Below, in pieces: positions 28,168 through 37,378 of a stretch of 64,000 nucleotides of DNA. Numbering within the stretch: position 1 is the stretch's first letter; each line of letters starts with the position of its first letter. Position numbers and translations under genes: made by a program. Source of the DNA: Candidatus Poribacteria bacterium (GTDB lineage Bacteria; Poribacteria; WGA-4E; PCPOR2b); assembly GCA_965198175.1 (NCBI GenBank), contig OZ240245.1, forward strand, positions 4,224,001 to 4,288,000, in the 5' to 3' direction. The notes beneath the pieces are model-generated. The model had not been told where the DNA came from. It searched no databases and saw only the letters and a program-made list of their open reading frames with translations.

Positions 28168-29082
28168 ATTTTTCAACAAGTAATCCCCCGTTCGTTCATG
28201 TGGTTGGTTAGCTTTTGTGCAGTTTTTATTATCGGAAACATCGGTTGCGGTCAAGAAGATAACAGCCAACCGGTCATTGAATCCATTCCCGACATTAAAC
28301 TTAATGTAGATGCCGAGTCGACGGTGGTAGTCAACATTACGGACGCGGATCTTCGTGACACGCATAGCATCCGCGCGTCTTCCGATGACAAAGCGATTGC
28401 GATTGTGTCGGTAAACAATACCACCCTTTCGATTAGCAGCACGTTAGCGGGGGGAGTAACAACCATCACAGTCTCCGCTACAGACGATAGCGGACAGGAT
28501 AACGCCGAGTCAACACCTGTAACCTTTCAGGTCTCGGTTGAGGCTAATAGCCAACCGGTAATTAATAAACCCATACCCGATATAACGCTTACTGCTGGAA
28601 CTAAGGTTGAGGTGGAAGTTAGCGTCACGGATGCGGATGTTGATGACACGCATACGGTCAATGCCTCGTCCGATAATAGCACGGTTGTGGATTTGGGATA
28701 TTTTAGTACTATCCTTAAGATTTACGGAGAAACCGAGGGAGTGGCAATCGTCACAGCTTCTGTTTATGATGATAGTGGAGTGAATAATGCAAAGTCAATA
28801 CCTGTGACCTTTCAGGTGACTGTTGAACCATACGTCAATAAGGGGCGTTGTGCTGTCGGAATGGTACTCGAAGCGGGAGAAAGTTGTACGTACTTTGCCG
28901 ATGGTGCTGAGGTGTTGTTTTACGTTGATAATGACCTGGGTTGTCGAGGAACTGAGACTGCGGAAGGGAAACGCCTTCGGCTTTGCGTAAGTCCTGAAAT
29001 AGAGCGAGATGATTTCTTCAATACTAGGTTTGCCGCCCAAAAAAATGCGAATGAGAGTTGGACTGTTAAGAGGATTCCCTGA
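28168..29082 (+). CDS. Lipoprotein with two Ig-like repeats and a C-terminal Cys-containing module (start ATT 28168 or ATG 28198)
   Basis: Lipobox IGNIGC; duplicated NSQPVI..IPDI.L...TDAD..DTH...ASSD...DDSG..NA.S.PVTFQV; CAVGMVLEAGESCTY. Confidence 0.75.
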   Translation: MFQQVIPRSFMWLVSFCAVFIIGNIGCGQEDNSQPVIESIPDIKLNVDAESTVVVNITDADLRDTHSIRASSDDKAIAIVSVNNTTLSISSTLAGGVTTITVSATDDSGQDNAESTPVTFQVSVEANSQPVINKPIPDITLTAGTKVEVEVSVTDADVDDTHTVNASSDNSTVVDLGYFSTILKIYGETEGVAIVTASVYDDSGVNNAKSIPVTFQVTVEPYVNKGRCAVGMVLEAGESCTYFADGAEVLFYVDNDLGCRGTETAEGKRLRLCVSPEIERDDFFNTRFAAQKNANESWTVKRIP

Positions 29083-29284
29083 TGAAATTAAAGTCTCCTT
29101 TGAGTTTAGCTCATGGGGCCATCTAATCCAAACATTAAATATCAAGAGATTGGCATAGTGGAAAATAGGCATGGGCTGCTATATATGTTAAGGCTATAGT
29201 CCCTTCAGCGAGCACTCCGTAAGGAGCCCGTCTGACGTGCGCAAGCCATGACGTTTTAGAGATTGTAATGGATAATTGAGAAAA

Positions 29285-29902
29285 ATGTTCAGACAAGCAA
29301 CACACCGTTCGTTTTTGTGGTTAGTTAGCCTTTGTATAGTTGTCCAACTCGGCATTATGGGTTGTGGCGAGGATTACACTGATCATGATGTGGAGGAGGA
29401 CAGGTATGATGAGTGGTTTGGCGTGTGGTCCCTTGAAACCTTCGATGGTCAGAGTTGGGAACAGCTATTTGCCGAACAGATATATGGCAAAGGTGTAACG
29501 AATTTTTCGTCTTCTTATTCTTATTCTACCAACAACAATACCTGGCTGTTTAATTTCGATGGAACGTGGATGGCGGAGTTCGATTTTCAGCTTTCCACTT
29601 TGAGGTTATCAAGAAAAGTAAGTTCAACTTACACCGTATCTAGTAGCGGGTATACACTCACATGGTCAGGGTTTACCGGGTTTGTTCACTTCCTGAGCTA
29701 CACACGTCCGGGTAAACGTAAACCCGATACAATTGGACTAATTGACGCACTAGGTGAACTAATCAATGCAGTGACAGTAAATCAACTATCTGAAGACGGC
29801 CAACCTGTCGAACCTATAGAAACCGGTACATGGTCTAGAAAAGGCAACACTCTCACACTAATCACCGATGCCGGTCATGTCATTGTCTTCAAAAAGAGAT
29901 AA
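29285..29902 (+). CDS. Lipoprotein, lipocalin-like beta-barrel (putative)
   Basis: Lipobox LGIMGC; FGVWSLETFDG; C-terminal ETGTWSRKGNTLTL...IVFKKR. Confidence 0.65.
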   Translation: MFRQATHRSFLWLVSLCIVVQLGIMGCGEDYTDHDVEEDRYDEWFGVWSLETFDGQSWEQLFAEQIYGKGVTNFSSSYSYSTNNNTWLFNFDGTWMAEFDFQLSTLRLSRKVSSTYTVSSSGYTLTWSGFTGFVHFLSYTRPGKRKPDTIGLIDALGELINAVTVNQLSEDGQPVEPIETGTWSRKGNTLTLITDAGHVIVFKKR

Positions 29903-29975
29903 CGCCTAGTAATGTTAAGGTCTGTAATTGGTTAACTCAAGTCTCCCACCGTTGATAACAAAGGATTGAAACAAC

Positions 29976-30713
29976 ATGAAAAGAATTCGGAGTTACTGTT
30001 TTGGTGTTGCTTTTCTCGTTTTGCTAGTTGTCCCCGCTCTTGTGCAAGCCGTTGACACCCCGGCACCCGCTACTGCTGCATGCTTGATTGGGGACCATCC
30101 GGGCATCCTCGAATCCGACGCGCAGACCGCAGCGATGTTGGTGTGTGATGAACTACGCCAGCAGGGAATATCGGTCGGTAAACCGGTTTACGAGACTCCG
30201 GCTAAAGCGAATGTCTACCGCCTTGTATTGCGCCGTTTGGGCGAAAAGATTTTCGTGCGATTGAGTCAGGAATCCCCCATTGGAACCGTTATCGCCGAGC
30301 GTCACATGACCTTAGCAAATATTGAAGAGATGATTCCTGCTGCGCCGAGACTGGTTAATGCGCTTATCCACCGCAAACCGATCAATAGCACAGTTGACAT
30401 TGAGAGTGTTACCGAACACGAGGCACGCGAACTCCGGAAGATATCGGGTGAGTCCCTTTGGAATATGGGAATCTTCGGTATCAGCATGCCCGGCACAGAT
30501 ATAGCAGCCAAACCGGCTCTTGGCTTTGGTTGGTCTTATGAAACGCCATCCTATGCTGCAGCGACAGAGTTTCGGTTCAGGATACAGGAAGAGGGAGACA
30601 GATTCGAGGCTGACGGTGACCGTTTTTCTTTCTTCTCTTGGTCGATCGGGGGAAGTTACTTTCTCAACAAACGAAATTGCTCACCTTATGTGGGCGGTGG
30701 CCTCGCTCTATAG
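29976..30713 (+). pseudogene. Secreted protein with outer-membrane beta-barrel-like C-terminus, 3'-truncated by a MITE-like end
   Basis: Signal peptide; alternating beta-strand pattern ending SPYVGGGLAL; the stop TAG lies inside the repeat CTATAGTCATT. Confidence 0.6.
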
Positions 30714-30890
30714 TCATTGTAACTAAAAATTACACATGTGTTTATTAACATATCCAAGTTCCCACCCATTCCCGTAGGTCGGGCTTCCAGCCCGAGCCGC
30801 TCAATGGGAAGCGTCGCAAACCGGCAGATTGTGAGCTAGGTCGAGTCAATCATCGCTCATATGTGTAAATATAGATGCAAATGACTGTAG
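30708..30890. mobile_element. MITE-like element A (183 bp) with an internal GTAG hairpin
   Basis: Imperfect 30-bp inverted ends CTATAGTCATTGTAACTAAAAATTACACAT / ATGTGTAAATATAGATGCAAATGACTGTAG; internal GTAGGTCGGGCTTCCAGCCCGA. Confidence 0.7.
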
Positions 30891-31162
30891 ATGCGACTGA
30901 GATTATCCGATTTTAAATGTGGAAGACTGCTCAAATCATAACCCAATTCTGCTCAACTGCGTAATCCCGATAGGCAATCCTTTCTTGATAAATATATACG
31001 TCATCAACTCCGTTTTTTTTCCCTTCTCTCCTGTTTTGCGACAAGCGTTTTGCGTTTGGCTTTGAATCTGTCTGGGGATCGACTGCTCAATCGTTGAGCG
31101 AGTGGTGTGAGGGCGCGGAGATCCTCTATGCTACACTTGCGCAACTCTGGAAAGAGCGCCTT

Positions 31163-31584
31163 ATATAGTCATTTACATTCATATTTACACATATTATGAT
31201 TGTATGTTAATGAACGATGACGATATGCACTAAGACATACAGAAACTGAGCGTGTTCGCGCATAGATAGATTGGTTATATTTATAGTCGTAGAGAAGAAT
31301 CTAATTACCCTCAAAATCGGAGGCACTCTAGTAGCGAAAACTGTTAGTTTGTGCATACCACAATCTGAATGTAGTTTAAAAAAAATAATTCGCAAATACT
31401 GCGACGGACGATGCTCAATCAACAAGTGTCTCTAATCTTGCAAATCATTGAATCCTATAAATCCTGGTTCAGACAATGAACACCACACATTACCAAATTA
31501 AAAATTTAATCTTCATACAGATTGTGGTACAGAAGAATGTTATTACCCACAAGGATGTGTAATTATTAGTTGCAATGACTATAG
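31163..31584. mobile_element. MITE-like element B (422 bp), same end family as A in the opposite orientation
   Basis: 31555-31584 is the reverse complement of 30708-30737 at 28/30; 31163-31192 matches the reverse complement of 30861-30890 at 25/30. Confidence 0.7.
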
Positions 31585-32112
31585 CGTATCAACGCCTGCT
31601 TCATGTGCTCTTGATGATAAGCGGACGCTTCGGCAAACTGACACGGCTTGTGAATCCTCAATGACTGCTAAATAGGGCTTCCCATCATCCAGCTCCGTCA
31701 CCATATTCGCGAAGTCGCCCTTCAGAAGTCCAGCGTTCTCAGATGATAGCCGAACAACATTTGTCGGGGGTGCAATGCGCTTAGGAAAGCGGTAGGCGGG
31801 TCCTATCCACATCCGTTCAATCGGCGCATGGCTTTGAAGGATATCCTTGAATTGGTTGTAGCTACTTGGGCATGTCCGCGAATCTATAAGCATCGGCTCC
31901 GCGGCAGCGACCTCCTTTAGCTGCGTAACCACATTTTCCGGGAGGTCAAATCGGAATCGGCAGATTGAACCTTCGTTGGTGCGTCCAAAGAAGAAACGGG
32001 GTGCTAGTTCTGCATCACTGCCAGGTTCTTTGATACCTAGCATGCGCCCATTCTCATCCAGCGTGAATAGCACCTCAACCTGTATTTGCATCAGCTCCCT
32101 ATCAGATACCAT
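31579..32112 (-). pseudogene. GNAT-family acetyltransferase, 3'-truncated by a MITE-like end
   Basis: APRFFFGRT.EG...RFDLP...GPAYRFP...AVSVCRSVR...EAGVDTL*; the acetyl-CoA-binding R/QxxGxA motif expected next is absent and the stop comes from the repeat. Confidence 0.7.
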
Positions 32113-32364
32113 GCGCCCACCGATCTTGAATTCCAAGTAACCCGCTTCGAAATTCTCGTCAAATTCGGGGTCACCTGCTCTGCGGTTTTCGGTATACATT
32201 ACGCTCTCTTCGGCGGAGGAGCGCGTACTTGAGTTGTTGGGTTTCACTGTCTGTCTCTACAAGACCGGGCGTTTAAAGGCACAACCGACATTGCTTGATA
32301 CGGATTCGGTTTTGCTGTTCTACCCAACCTACAATGGTATCGTCAGAGAACGAATGTTTCGTGC

Positions 32365-33798
32365 TTAAGGTGCTTGATGAATGTAAATATCTGGCTCCTC
32401 AGTTCGCCTGTCGCTCCAAATGATGAAAGCACCGCTTTGACCGTTGGGGCTGGCTTGCGGGGTGAATTGATCTCCATCAGCCGTGCAGATAGGAATGCCG
32501 TTGAGCGCCCAGAGGGATTTACCGTTTGCGTTAATCCGCTGTGCGTAGATTGCATCCGCTGTGGCGTTGCCGTAATCCTCACGATAATCTAGCCAGTAGA
32601 AAATCGCACCCTGCGATCCATCAGAAACGCACCCCGGGTTACGTTGTTCGCCTCCCGCTGCACACACAGGGATACCGTTCACCTCCCACATCATTTCGCC
32701 ATCTGGGCTAACACGCTGCGCATAAATATCAGAAAAGATGTCGCGCTCATCCCACCAGACAACAATTAGCCCTCCCACGCCATCGCTTACACCCGTGGGC
32801 TGCTGTTGATTTGACGGCTGATTGCAAATGCTGATCCCGTCCGTTTCCCAAAGTACGTTGCCATGTGCGTCAATTCGCTGGGCATAAAGATCTGCACTGA
32901 TGGTAAACAGACTCGGCGCGTTCCGGTAGTCTGACCAAACACAAAAGGCGCCACCCGCAGCATCGGGAATAATGAACGGGGCACCCTGATTCCCTGGGGC
33001 AACACATAAGGGTAGCCCTTCATTTCCCCAAACGGTTTCGCCCTTTGCATTGAGACGTTGCGCGAAGACGTTCCAGTCAGGCGTAAGATTCCACCAAGCA
33101 AGGATTGCACCCCCGCTACCATCTGTCGCTAAAACGCAATCATATTGATGACCCTCGCCCCGATTAACGGGAACGCCGTTCTGCGCCCACACGGATTTTC
33201 CATTCCCATCAATACATTGTGCATAAATATCCTGATTTCCATGACGCCAATCCTCCCATACGATAATTGCACCTCCGTCGCCGTTAGGAATTGCTTCGAC
33301 ATCATCCTGAAACGCGGGTTCTATACAAACCGGAACACCGCCTTTATCCCAAAGCAACTGCCCATCCGCATTAATCCGTTGGGCGAAAACGTCCTGGTTG
33401 CCGTGGCGTGAATCCCTGAAGATAGTAATTGCTCCACCGGTTTCGTCGGTAATGACAATGGGCCAGCTTTGGTGACTCGGCAGGTCACAAATCGGGATGC
33501 CGTTCTCCTTCCAAAGCATTTCGCCCTCGGTGCTGACACGTTGGGCGAACACATCTTGATTCCCGTGTCTCGTATCCTGCCAAACGACGATGACGCCACC
33601 TTTTCCATCGGAGGTAAGATTGGGAAAGTGTTGATCGTTTTTCGCCGTACAGACCGGTGTATTTTGATTCAGATCTTTAATCCACGCTGCTGAGGCGTTC
33701 TGTCCTCCCATCCCCGAAATGACAAATGTACCAACGAGCGAGTGGCAAAAGGTTCTAAGCGCTAAGCGGATGCAGAACTGACGAAATCGGTAATTCAT
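32365..33798 (-). CDS. Secreted protein with 8 ~54-aa repeats (probable beta-propeller)
   Basis: Repeats PxC.....Q..P...DG.GG....W.D.R....D.YAQR....G...W...G; signal-like N-terminus. Confidence 0.75.
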   Translation of the reverse strand: MNYRFRQFCIRLALRTFCHSLVGTFVISGMGGQNASAAWIKDLNQNTPVCTAKNDQHFPNLTSDGKGGVIVVWQDTRHGNQDVFAQRVSTEGEMLWKENGIPICDLPSHQSWPIVITDETGGAITIFRDSRHGNQDVFAQRINADGQLLWDKGGVPVCIEPAFQDDVEAIPNGDGGAIIVWEDWRHGNQDIYAQCIDGNGKSVWAQNGVPVNRGEGHQYDCVLATDGSGGAILAWWNLTPDWNVFAQRLNAKGETVWGNEGLPLCVAPGNQGAPFIIPDAAGGAFCVWSDYRNAPSLFTISADLYAQRIDAHGNVLWETDGISICNQPSNQQQPTGVSDGVGGLIVVWWDERDIFSDIYAQRVSPDGEMMWEVNGIPVCAAGGEQRNPGCVSDGSQGAIFYWLDYREDYGNATADAIYAQRINANGKSLWALNGIPICTADGDQFTPQASPNGQSGAFIIWSDRRTEEPDIYIHQAP

Positions 33799-33968
33799 GC
33801 TTTGCACCTCCGATAGTATTTTTCTGATTCAGTCGTTTCATGTAACAGGGAATTCGTAATGAAATCAGGCAATCCGATATTAATTTTACGAAGTCGGGTA
33901 AATGCTCCGCTTACGCGCGCCCAAACAGAAAAGGGCAGTCGGCATAGACATATGCAAATGGGCGAATC

Positions 33969-34604
33969 CTAAAGTTCCTGCAGAAATGGATTCCAGCGCT
34001 TCTCCGCACCCAAGGTGGAGCTTGACCCATGACCTGGGTGGATTACCATCTCATCATTGAGCGGCAACAATTTTTCTTGGATGGAATGGATCAATTGGGA
34101 ATAGGAACCACCCCACAAATCCGTGCGTCCGATACTGCCTTGAAAGAGCGCGTCGCCTGTGAATAACAGTTTTTCCGTCCCCTCCAATTTTAAAGAGATG
34201 CCGCCCGGACTGTGGCCAGGGGTTTCTATTACGGATAAGGTATGCCCTGCGAAGCATATCTTTTCCCCTTCTCGGATGTATCGACTCACATCGGGAGCGG
34301 CTGGTGCAGGAAGCCCAAACAGCGAAGCTTGTGCCGGTAGATTATCTAGGAGAGGTTGCTCCGCTTCGTGGATAAGCACCTCGGCACCCGTCTCAACCTG
34401 AATGACGGACGTGGCAGAGATATGATCTAGATGAGCATGTGTGTGGATGGCATATTTCAGCGCTAGGGTGTGCTGATTCACAACCTCCAAGATGCGCTCT
34501 GCTTCATCTCCTGGGTCTATGACAACACCCTCCCGTGTTTTTTCGCAGCCAAGTATCCAGCAGTTAGACTCAAAAAGACTAACAACTAGCTGTTCTACTA
34601 TCAT
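33969..34604 (-). CDS. MBL-fold metallo-hydrolase (glyoxalase II-like)
   Basis: THAHLDH, TPGHSPG, TGDALF.GSIGRTDL.GG, PGHG. Confidence 0.92.
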   Translation of the reverse strand: MIVEQLVVSLFESNCWILGCEKTREGVVIDPGDEAERILEVVNQHTLALKYAIHTHAHLDHISATSVIQVETGAEVLIHEAEQPLLDNLPAQASLFGLPAPAAPDVSRYIREGEKICFAGHTLSVIETPGHSPGGISLKLEGTEKLLFTGDALFQGSIGRTDLWGGSYSQLIHSIQEKLLPLNDEMVIHPGHGSSSTLGAEKRWNPFLQEL

Positions 34605-34641
34605 TGCCGGTCTTGTTAGGTATTTATTATAAGGGTTAGTC

Positions 34642-34673
34642 GGTGTGTGTGAAACGTGGTTTTCTCACACACC
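34642..34673. other. Intergenic hairpin (possible terminator or processing site)
   Basis: GGTGTGTGTGAAAC / GTTTTCTCACACACC inverted repeat. Confidence 0.35.
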
Positions 34674-34759
34674 TGATAAGCGAGAAATTATGGTGGGATG
34701 AGGTTTATCTTTACCCTGTGGAACAAAACTCAGCCTAAGAAACTTAACTGAAAAGAGGA

Positions 34760-35761
34760 TTACCACTGAAACGTATGCGGACCAAAATCCGCCTCATAGT
34801 AGGAGGCGATGCACCGGCTGGGCGGACTAACTTCATCGAGTCTTGCCCTATCCTCATCAATCACCCGCACGTGCATTGCACCTAAGTTGTCTTCTAGCTG
34901 TGTCATTGTTCGTGGACCAATGATTGGACTAGTGACGCCAGGCTGTTGAGCACACCATGCCAGGGCAAGCTGACTCGGTGTACAAGGCTTCTCCTTGGCA
35001 ATCTCTGACACAACATCTAGGACATCGAACGCAGCGTCTGAAAAGAGGTCATGATCTTCGTTTTCCGGCTGGAAACGGGCGCTTGCAGGACGCGATCCAT
35101 CACGGTGGTACTTGCCGGTTAAGAATCCACCAGCCAGCGGGGACCACGGAATCAACGCAAGCCCATACGTCTGTGCCATTGGCACCAACTCAAGTTCAAT
35201 GCGTCGATCTAATAGATGATAAGGCGGCTGCTCACAAACAAAGCGATTGAGTCCCAACGCTTTCGAAATCCACAGTGACTCCATAATTTGCCAAGCCCCA
35301 AACGTACTGGTACCGATGTAGCGAACCTTGCCAGCATGGATGAGGTCATCCAGGGCGCCGAGTGTTTCGTCAATCGGCAGGTCGGAAGTGGGACGGTGGA
35401 TCTGGTAAAGGTCAATGTAATCCGTCTGCAAACGTCTTAGTGATGCCTCACACTGCTCAATGATATGGCGACGGTGATTCCCCGCTGCATTGGGGTCGGT
35501 ATCGTCCATGCGACTGTGTACTTTGGTTGCCAGCACGATGTGTGAGCGTTTACCGTTACGCCGGAGCGCTTTACCGATGACTTCCTCGCTCCGACCACGA
35601 TTGTAGACATTCGCTGTATCCAGGAAATTAATCCCTGCGTCGATCCCCCGATCAATGATGTCCATTGAGTCGGATTCGCTCGTTCGATCTCCAAATGTCA
35701 CGCTTCCAAGACACAAGGTGCTTACCTGTGTGCCTGTACGTCCAAGGCTGCGATACTCCAT
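34760..35761 (-). CDS. Aldo/keto reductase (paralog 2)
   Basis: MEYRSLGRTG.VS.LCLG, DTANVY, LATK, SLRRLQTDYIDLYQIH, WSPLAGGFLTGKY. Confidence 0.93.
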   Translation of the reverse strand: MEYRSLGRTGTQVSTLCLGSVTFGDRTSESDSMDIIDRGIDAGINFLDTANVYNRGRSEEVIGKALRRNGKRSHIVLATKVHSRMDDTDPNAAGNHRRHIIEQCEASLRRLQTDYIDLYQIHRPTSDLPIDETLGALDDLIHAGKVRYIGTSTFGAWQIMESLWISKALGLNRFVCEQPPYHLLDRRIELELVPMAQTYGLALIPWSPLAGGFLTGKYHRDGSRPASARFQPENEDHDLFSDAAFDVLDVVSEIAKEKPCTPSQLALAWCAQQPGVTSPIIGPRTMTQLEDNLGAMHVRVIDEDRARLDEVSPPSRCIASYYEADFGPHTFQW

Positions 35762-35805
35762 TTGTAAGTTCCTCGCTTTCTCTATCTTTCCACGGTTCCT
35801 TCCAA

Positions 35806-36825
35806 TCACCGAAACGTGTGCGGGCCAAAGCCAGACTGATGGTACTCGTAGGAAATTGGCGTTCGATAGGAGATTGCCCGACCAGGGGGCGCAACCCGAT
35901 CGAGCCGCGCCCGATCTGCGTCAGTCACCGACACGGAGACCGCTCCCAGATTGTCCTCCAGTTGTTCCATTGATCGGGGACCAATAATCGGGCTGGTAAC
36001 CCCTGGCTGTTGGGCGCACCACGCGAGCGCAAGCTGACTGGGCGTACACCCTTTCTCCGCTGCTATTGCTGTGACGACATCTAATACGTTAAACACAGCT
36101 TCCGAAGCCAACTGTGCATAATAGCTGTCATCTTGGTACCTTGAGTTTGCCGGAGGTGGCTCGCCGCGCCGGTACTTTCCCGTTAGAAATCCACCAGCTA
36201 GTGGCGCCCAGGGAATCATTGCCAGCCCATACGTCTGAGCCATTGGCACCAATTCCCGCTCGATGCTCCGATCCAACAGATGATACGGCGGCTGTTCACA
36301 GATGAAGCGATTAAGTCTTAGTTCTTTTGAAACCCACAACGATTCAACCACCTGCCAAGCGGCAAAGGTGCTACAGCCGATGTAACGCACCTTACCAGCC
36401 CGAATCAAATCGTCCAACGCGCGAAGCGTTTCATCAATAGGGATATCTGGACAAGGACGATGGATCTGGTAGAGGTCAATGTAGTCAGTTTGTAAGCGTC
36501 GCAGCGACGCCTCACACTGCTCAATGACGTGCCGACGGCTATTGCCACGTGCATTTGGATCTTCGTCGTCCATAGGGAAGTGGACCTTGGTCGCGAGCAC
36601 GATTCGTGAACGTTTGCCGTTTCGCTTCAATGCCGTCCCGACCATTTCCTCACTGACGCCACGGCTGTACATATTGGCTGTGTCGAGGAAGTTAATCCCG
36701 GCGCCAATTGCGCGATTTACCATGTCCATCGCTTCGGGCTCTTCGGTTCGACGGCCAAACATCAAACAGCCTAAGCATAACATGCTCACTTTTGTTCCCG
36801 TTCTTCCGAGACTGCGATACTCCAT
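35806..36825 (-). CDS. Aldo/keto reductase (paralog 1)
   Basis: Same AKR motifs: DTANMY, LATK, YIDLYQIH, SPIIGPR. Confidence 0.93.
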   Translation of the reverse strand: MEYRSLGRTGTKVSMLCLGCLMFGRRTEEPEAMDMVNRAIGAGINFLDTANMYSRGVSEEMVGTALKRNGKRSRIVLATKVHFPMDDEDPNARGNSRRHVIEQCEASLRRLQTDYIDLYQIHRPCPDIPIDETLRALDDLIRAGKVRYIGCSTFAAWQVVESLWVSKELRLNRFICEQPPYHLLDRSIERELVPMAQTYGLAMIPWAPLAGGFLTGKYRRGEPPPANSRYQDDSYYAQLASEAVFNVLDVVTAIAAEKGCTPSQLALAWCAQQPGVTSPIIGPRSMEQLEDNLGAVSVSVTDADRARLDRVAPPGRAISYRTPISYEYHQSGFGPHTFR

Positions 36826-37159
36826 TCGTAACTCCTTCTCTTTTCAGTGCTCCTATTTACGATAATGTCGTCAAGTAAGTCGGTTTGAACTTTAGGGAAC
36901 ATTATACCACAAGGGAAGAGTGGAAACAAGAAGACTAGCGTTGGACGGGAAGGAGAAACGGGAGCGCTTAAGTTTGCCTCCCTGCATTTTCCACATCTAC
37001 TTTCACGTTTTCAAAGGATGGAAACGAAATCACTTGAGGACTGACCGAAAGATCTACTGCCGTTCATGGATCAATCAGGGGGCGGGAGTTGTTCTCTTGC
37101 CGTGGATCGCCGAGCTACGGGACTTTGAGTGTCAAACTACGTAAGTCCTAATTTTCTTA

Positions 37160-37188
37160 TTGACGGCTTCCCATGTCTGTGATATAGT
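37160..37188 (+). promoter_or_regulatory. Sigma-70-type promoter of the glpK operon
   Basis: TTGACG-N17-TATAGT with extended -10 TG. Confidence 0.65.
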
Positions 37189-37378
37189 GTTATTATATTG
37201 GCGATTGATCCTTGTCCCCCCGATGCGGTGCGAGCGGGGTAAATTTGTCCTCAGCTGGGTTGGGGAACAAGGAATTGGCTCATTCCCCTCCTCCATTTGC
37301 ACTGTTCCTCCAAAATCTGCCCAAAGAGACCTCGCAAGTATTAAGAGAAGATCCAACCAATTCCGTGGAGCCGATAGC

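Noticed and set aside
36920..37151. 74-aa ORF and a TACGTAAGTCCTA motif resembling another miniature-element end (weak similar motif near 30955)
   Set aside because: No paired end or duplication could be defined; the ORF lacks motifs
37160..37378. 73-aa N-terminal extension of GlpK in the ORF track
   Set aside because: The TTG start is the -35 box of the promoter; GlpK homology starts at ATG 37379
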